From positions 19,478 to 83,477 of the IMG/VR virus record IMGVR_UViG_3300025785_000013: a DNA stretch of 64,000 nucleotides; one strand, 5' to 3'. Every line of letters starts with the position of its first letter. The stretch's first letter is position 1. Under the pieces are notes generated by a model that made no database searches, was not told the origin of the DNA, and saw only the letters and a list, made by a program, of their open reading frames with translations. Shown here piece after piece: positions 59,240-64,000 of the stretch. The translations under genes and the position numbers were made by a program. The DNA is from a virus.

Positions 59240-59926
59240 CTACTTGTTCTCGTCGCTACCAAGAACGGCCTGAGCAGCGCGCCACAGGGCTTCTTCGTAC
59301 TTCAACTGGTCGGGCTTCATCTTTGCCTTGGCAGCGTCACGAATTGCCTTTTCATCAGCACTCTTGGTCACGTTCTTCAACTCCATTATGTGGTAGTCGG
59401 GGGTGCCAAACTTTTCGTAGTCCCAGTCGCTGGGAGCGTACTCCTTGTTGAACGGCATCACCTCGGTATCTCTAAACCCCAGTTTACCATAGACTTGGGG
59501 GAGATGCTCACCGAAACACTCAACGTAGTTCACCCCGTGGTTCTTAATGGCATCGTGCAGCATTGCAGCACCACTGCCACTCACGCCCTTGGAGAACAAA
59601 GCCGTGGCTTCGATTCGACCATCACCGTGGTCGTGGATGAGGCAGCCGGTTCGACCATCCGGGGACAGAAGCGGGGTCATCTTCTCGGCCTTAATTTGGG
59701 CGAGGGTGTAGTGATTCACGAACGCAGAGTAGGGATTTCCCTTGAACGCACTGCTGAAAGCCGACAGGAATTCCTTGGGGCTAGTCACTTTGGCGTTTGG
59801 AAACCCACCTTCACCAGTCCGGTATTGGTTCCCACGAAACGGGTGGCCGTCGAAATCGCCCTTGGAAACCGGGTAGGCAGAAAGAGATTTCAGCAGTGAT
59901 GCAGTTGTGAATTCGTCGCCACGCAT
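59240..59926 (-). CDS. GHxFxGNQ-tag protein with GNAT-like domain
   Basis: FTTASLLKSLSAYPVSKGDFDGHPFRGNQY; ALFSKGVSGSGAAML...VECF...LPQVYGKLGF. Confidence 0.8.
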   Translation of the reverse strand: MRGDEFTTASLLKSLSAYPVSKGDFDGHPFRGNQYRTGEGGFPNAKVTSPKEFLSAFSSAFKGNPYSAFVNHYTLAQIKAEKMTPLLSPDGRTGCLIHDHGDGRIEATALFSKGVSGSGAAMLHDAIKNHGVNYVECFGEHLPQVYGKLGFRDTEVMPFNKEYAPSDWDYEKFGTPDYHIMELKNVTKSADEKAIRDAAKAKMKPDQLKYEEALWRAAQAVLGSDENK

Positions 59927-59958
59927 ACTGCCAAGATTACTTTAGTTTTGTAAATGCC

Positions 59959-60105
59959 TTACTTCGGTTCAGCAGTAAGGGAGCCGACATCATCCAAGTC
60001 GCAGGCAACGGCCTTGTTCTTGTGCCGGAAATGGTTTGGAGTGGTGGAACCGGGGACAATGCGCTCAATGCTTGCCCCGCAATTTCGACAACGCAGTTCA
60101 GTCAT
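59959..60105 (-). CDS. small zinc-finger protein (MTELRCRNCG...FRH...C)
   Basis: Own translation, 48 aa. Confidence 0.6.
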   Translation of the reverse strand: MTELRCRNCGASIERIVPGSTTPNHFRHKNKAVACDLDDVGSLTAEPK

Positions 60106-60143
60106 TTCTTCACTCTACCTCAGTCAGTGAAATGTGTCTAGGG

Positions 60144-61736
60144 TCAATCGTCTTGTGGCTCAGCAGCGATGTTCTGGGCTGCCTCGGTTGCTTCGTCTGC
60201 CTTTTGGGAAGCATCAGCAGCAGCAGTAGAGGCGTAGCGACAGTTCCCCATCGAATGGTGAGTGGATGGGGTTGCACCTTCCACCTTCGTGTTGGCAAAC
60301 GCAGCAGCATCGTTGATTCGACCAGCCGTGTAGTGCGCTTGCATTGCATCTCGGTGTGCAACGGAAGCCTGCATCCACGCACGAGTGGCAGCGTTGTCAA
60401 CATTGCCGTTTTCACCACGCAGTTTGTACGCCAACGATTGGAGTTGGTCGGCCATATCTTGATGTCTAATTCCGTATCCAAGGTGGAATCCACCCATCGC
60501 CCGGAAATCTACAGGTGGGGTGTCGAACTTCGCCAGCATCTCTTTAGCGTGAGGGCCGTAGTAGTCGGTTTCCACCATCTTCGTCACAGGCATTGCCTTT
60601 TGGTTGATGGTTGCTTGGAGCGCAGCATTGGAAGCCCGTGCAGCCATTCCAGCAAAAGCGTGAGCCTTATCCCCGGTCAGAGCATTGGAAGCAATAGAGC
60701 CACCCTCAACGGGTCGGATAGCGTCAATCTCGTCAGCAGCCTCGGTGTGGGCAGTTGCAGCGTCACGATGCTTCTGAGCAGCATCACCAGTCAGTTGTGA
60801 TGCCAGAGCCGAGTGTTCAGCAGCCAATTTCCGGTGGGCAGCAGCCGAGCCGGACAGGTCGCCATCGGTGGAAACCCGAAGTGAGTTTGCCTTTTCTGAC
60901 AGCAGCGAAGACTTGTTGCTCGCCGGGTTGTTGCCAACTTTGGAAACGGGGTAGTTGCTCAGGGGTCGCAGTAATGCCTCAACAGTGAAATCCTCAGCCT
61001 TGATAATGGTTGGCTTGGGATTTGGAAGGGCTGCGATTTTGGCTGCGCTTTCTGCTGAAAATCCCTCTAACCCACGGTCATTAAGCCTTTTAATGCCTAA
61101 CATTTCGTGATAGGGATGGCTGTCGGCTGTCGTTTGGTAGGTCATCGTCAACCCCTTATCGGCTGCCATCTGAATCGCCTGCTCCATTAGTGCCGTTGCA
61201 GCACCGGGCATCTTCCCGGTTGAGCCGAGGTAGCCAATGCTGGCTGATGGAAGTATCGGGCCGCTACCGTCGCCCAAGCGTATGTCGGGAGAGTGAATGG
61301 CAACATTTACAGCAGCCACTATTTCGTTGTTTTTGTTGCGAGCAACAAACAAGTGCGATGAAACGATTTGGTTGGGGTTGATTTCACTATTTGCAGCCCT
61401 GAAGTTGGCGTGGGCATACATTGCTGCTTCCCCTAGAAAGCGGATGCCTTGCTGATGGCGAGCGTCCATTGCCTTGTATTCTGGCGTTTCTCGCATTTCT
61501 AGGAATGTGTGGTAAAGGTCACTTATCTTGTTTTCGTTGTCTACGCGCTCAATTTTTCCACCAGCGTCGTAGAACTCTTTGAGGTTCCTTTGGAACGCAG
61601 CGATGTTGGCAGGCATCTCTCCACCCTGACCACCAGTCCACTGATTCCCGTGGAAAACGTGGCCCTGAACGTCGCCTTTCACCACTGGGTAGCGAGCAAG
61701 CCCTTGAAGTAAGGCGTTTGTAGTGAAATCAAGCAC
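60144..61736 (-). CDS. GHxFxGNQ-tag multi-domain protein: GNAT-like plus Ala/His helical repeats, internal second tag
   Basis: FTTNALLQGLARYPVVKGDVQGHVFHGNQW; IGYLGSTGKMPGAATALM...PYHEMLG; internal EDFTVEALLRPLSNYPVSK. Confidence 0.82.
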   Translation of the reverse strand: MLDFTTNALLQGLARYPVVKGDVQGHVFHGNQWTGGQGGEMPANIAAFQRNLKEFYDAGGKIERVDNENKISDLYHTFLEMRETPEYKAMDARHQQGIRFLGEAAMYAHANFRAANSEINPNQIVSSHLFVARNKNNEIVAAVNVAIHSPDIRLGDGSGPILPSASIGYLGSTGKMPGAATALMEQAIQMAADKGLTMTYQTTADSHPYHEMLGIKRLNDRGLEGFSAESAAKIAALPNPKPTIIKAEDFTVEALLRPLSNYPVSKVGNNPASNKSSLLSEKANSLRVSTDGDLSGSAAAHRKLAAEHSALASQLTGDAAQKHRDAATAHTEAADEIDAIRPVEGGSIASNALTGDKAHAFAGMAARASNAALQATINQKAMPVTKMVETDYYGPHAKEMLAKFDTPPVDFRAMGGFHLGYGIRHQDMADQLQSLAYKLRGENGNVDNAATRAWMQASVAHRDAMQAHYTAGRINDAAAFANTKVEGATPSTHHSMGNCRYASTAAADASQKADEATEAAQNIAAEPQDD

Positions 61737-62355
61737 GGGCAGCCTCGCCTAGAAGTTTGACAACATTCTTCACCTCGTCAGGACTCCACGAGTAAGTCAG
61801 TTCGTTGTCGGCAACGTGCGCCCCAAGCGCACCCCAGAAGTCAGCGCCTTCGCCAGTAGCATCAAGTTCAACGCTGTTCCCTTTCTCGGCGGCAACTTGA
61901 AATGCCGTGTGCGCTAAAGCGGTTGCAGCCCCACGGGTTTCACCTGTTGTGCCAATGAAATGGAAATAAGAAATCTTTTGTGCGTCAGTGGCGCTAAGTG
62001 CGCCTACTGGCTTCCCATCACCATCTCTGGCGATGTAAACGTGGTCGCCCCCCACCTGAAGTGCTTCAAGCATCATTCCAGCACCGTCGTGATAATCGTG
62101 AGCAACCGAAAAGGCTTTGATTTCTTGCGTTGCTTGCGCTATTTCGCTAGGTGTGGCATCAGTGATTGACCCGCCATTTGTGTAAAAATGGTTGAGCGAT
62201 GCGCCAAAGCGTGCAACATTTTCTTGGTCAAGCACGCCACCGTAACCCTCAACCCATTGATTGCCGTGAAATGGGTGTCCTTCGTGGTCGCCCTTCACCA
62301 CTGGGTAGCGAGACGCACACTTCAAAAGTTCGGAAGTGAGGAACGGGTTCGCCAT
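61729..62355 (-). CDS. GHxFxGNQ-tag protein with GNAT-like domain
   Basis: NPFLTSELLKCASRYPVVKGDHEGHPFHGNQW; YIARDGDGKPVGAL...FIGTTGETRGAATAL...ADFWGALG. Confidence 0.82.
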   Translation of the reverse strand: MANPFLTSELLKCASRYPVVKGDHEGHPFHGNQWVEGYGGVLDQENVARFGASLNHFYTNGGSITDATPSEIAQATQEIKAFSVAHDYHDGAGMMLEALQVGGDHVYIARDGDGKPVGALSATDAQKISYFHFIGTTGETRGAATALAHTAFQVAAEKGNSVELDATGEGADFWGALGAHVADNELTYSWSPDEVKNVVKLLGEAARA

Positions 62356-62402
62356 AAATCCCATCCTATCCTTGGCTTAGTGAAATCTTGTAGGCTTACG
62401 CT

Positions 62403-63608
62403 ATGACCATCAACGTCAGTTCCGAAAATGTGGCTATTGACAGCATCAGCGTTCATCCGGCCAATCCTCGCCTCGGAGATGTGGCAGCCATCGCAGAATC
62501 ACTGGAGGTCAACGGCCAGTATTCACCAATCGTGGTTTGGAATGACACCATCATCGCCGGAACGCACACTTGGAAAGCAGCCAAGTCGTTAGGGTGGAAA
62601 ACCATCGCCATTACACGCTTCGACGGCAGCGAAGATGACGCACTTCGCATCCTCATCACCGACAATCGCACCAGCGACATCGCTTCTTACGACAATAGTT
62701 TGTTGCTAGATATGCTGAAATCACTGCCTGACCTTGAAGGAACGGGCTTTGAGTTGGCAGATTTGGATGAACTTGACGGCCTGCACAACTCCGAAGGTGG
62801 GGGTGTTTCACCAACGCTCCTAGACGAAGACCCGACAGACAACCTGAACCCACCAGTCAAAATCCAACTTGGTGATTTCTACGGGCAACTTGACCCCACG
62901 CTCCACGACCTTTGGCTCGCCAGCGTGAAAGATGAGGTGGGCGACAAGAAAGCATCCATCAACCGGGAACTTAAAAACCGACTTGACCTGCCAGAGGTTC
63001 CAAAAGTCCGAGTGGTGAAAGAGAAGAATTCTGCCGTCGAAGATGAGCAGAAGGTCACGATGGTGGAAACCGAACTCGTGCCACTGTCCGAACTCCGTCG
63101 CTTCCCCGGCAACCCACGAGAAGGGGACATCGGGGCCATCAGCGAAAGTTTGCGCGTCCTCGGCCAGTACCGGCCCATCGTGGTGAACCGGCGCACCAAC
63201 CAAATCCTGAAGGGCAACCACACGGCAGCCGCAGCATCAGCACTCGGTTGGAAGGAAATCGCCGTGGTGTGGGTGGACGTAAATGAAGTTGCAGCAACCA
63301 AAATCGTCGTGGCTGACAACAGAATATCCGACAAGGCAACCTACGACAACGACCTGCTAGTGAAATCGCTGGCGAAGTTGGACAGTTTGGAAGGTTCCGG
63401 CTTCGACCAAGAAGATGTTGCCGAACTTCGTGCAGGCAAGGATTCCACCAACCCAAAGGAATCCAAATCGAAGTTCAAGATTGGCGACTACGGATTTTCT
63501 GTCCCGGAGAGCATTTACCAATCGTGGGCATCAGACACCCTCGTGCCAGACGAAGCCCTGCACCGTCTCGGACTGCCGTTAACAGCACTGCTACGAGAGG
63601 CAAATTAA
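62403..63608 (+). CDS. protein with two tandem ParB/Srx-like N-terminal domains
   Basis: HPANPRLGDVAAIAESL..GQY.PIVV...IAGTHT..AA..LGW...DNR..D.A.YD occurs twice. Confidence 0.85.
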   Translation: MTINVSSENVAIDSISVHPANPRLGDVAAIAESLEVNGQYSPIVVWNDTIIAGTHTWKAAKSLGWKTIAITRFDGSEDDALRILITDNRTSDIASYDNSLLLDMLKSLPDLEGTGFELADLDELDGLHNSEGGGVSPTLLDEDPTDNLNPPVKIQLGDFYGQLDPTLHDLWLASVKDEVGDKKASINRELKNRLDLPEVPKVRVVKEKNSAVEDEQKVTMVETELVPLSELRRFPGNPREGDIGAISESLRVLGQYRPIVVNRRTNQILKGNHTAAAASALGWKEIAVVWVDVNEVAATKIVVADNRISDKATYDNDLLVKSLAKLDSLEGSGFDQEDVAELRAGKDSTNPKESKSKFKIGDYGFSVPESIYQSWASDTLVPDEALHRLGLPLTALLREAN

Positions 63609-63644
63609 GCAACCCGTAGTAGCATCTCCGCAGGAGGTTCCCCT

Positions 63645-64000
63645 GTGTCTACCAATCCTTTTCATTCCGAAGAATTGCTGAAATCTGTTAGCAACTACCC
63701 TGTGTCCAAGGGTGATGAAGCAGGACACCCTTTTCGCGGGAATCAGTACACGAGTGGCGAAGCATCAGATTTTGCTCGTGACCACACGCAAACCGGTGAC
63801 TTTGCTGCCGATAAGGGCGGGAATGAAAACTACTCCATTGCTGAAAAGCATTACGCTGCTGCAAGGGCTTGGCAAGACGTTGCAAACGGTAAGGGCAACG
63901 AAGCCGACGCTATCGCTGCATCCAAGGCTGCGAATGAACTTAGCAATGGACGTTTAGGTGTCACCGCAGGGCCTGAAGAAGAAACGCCAAGTTCTCCAAA
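63645..64000 (+). CDS. GHxFxGNQ-tag protein, 3'-truncated by window edge
   Basis: Not in ORF track; AGGAGG then GTG: MSTNPFHSEELLKSVSNYPVSKGDEAGHPFRGNQY..., open to window end. Confidence 0.82.
   Translation, partial: MSTNPFHSEELLKSVSNYPVSKGDEAGHPFRGNQYTSGEASDFARDHTQTGDFAADKGGNENYSIAEKHYAAARAWQDVANGKGNEADAIAASKAANELSNGRLGVTAGPEEETPSSP

Overview
A gene-dense segment of a tailed dsDNA phage (siphovirus-like), probably infecting an Actinobacterium. This host call is inferred from many leaderless starts 6 nt after a TAnnnT -10 box and from actinophage-like gene families. Terminase, portal, integrase, tRNA genes and CRISPR arrays were not seen. Gene order: DNA methyltransferase and small ORFs; LexA-like regulator; RecB-like nuclease; scaffold, decoration and major capsid genes; a phosphoesterase/nucleotide-modification block; fibre, neck, two tail-tube paralogs, a frameshifted chaperone, tape measure, a 3081-aa tail protein and two further tail genes; holin-like genes; a leftward early operon with a Gam-like gene; replication genes; a second adhesin cluster; an SNF2 helicase; a ParB-like gene. 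Three things stand out. (1) At least five dispersed genes share an N-terminal tag F-x4-LL-x5-YPVxK|GDxxGHxF[HR]GNQ[WY] on variable cargo domains, three of them GNAT-like. This suggests a protease-matured, capsid-packaged effector system. (2) A LAGLIDADG endonuclease gene is nested antisense and in register inside the SNF2 helicase ORF, with no intein or intron signals. (3) Two promoter-driven, highly base-paired non-coding regions (about 490 and 230 nt) look like structured ncRNAs. All family calls come from motif recognition by eye, not database searches.
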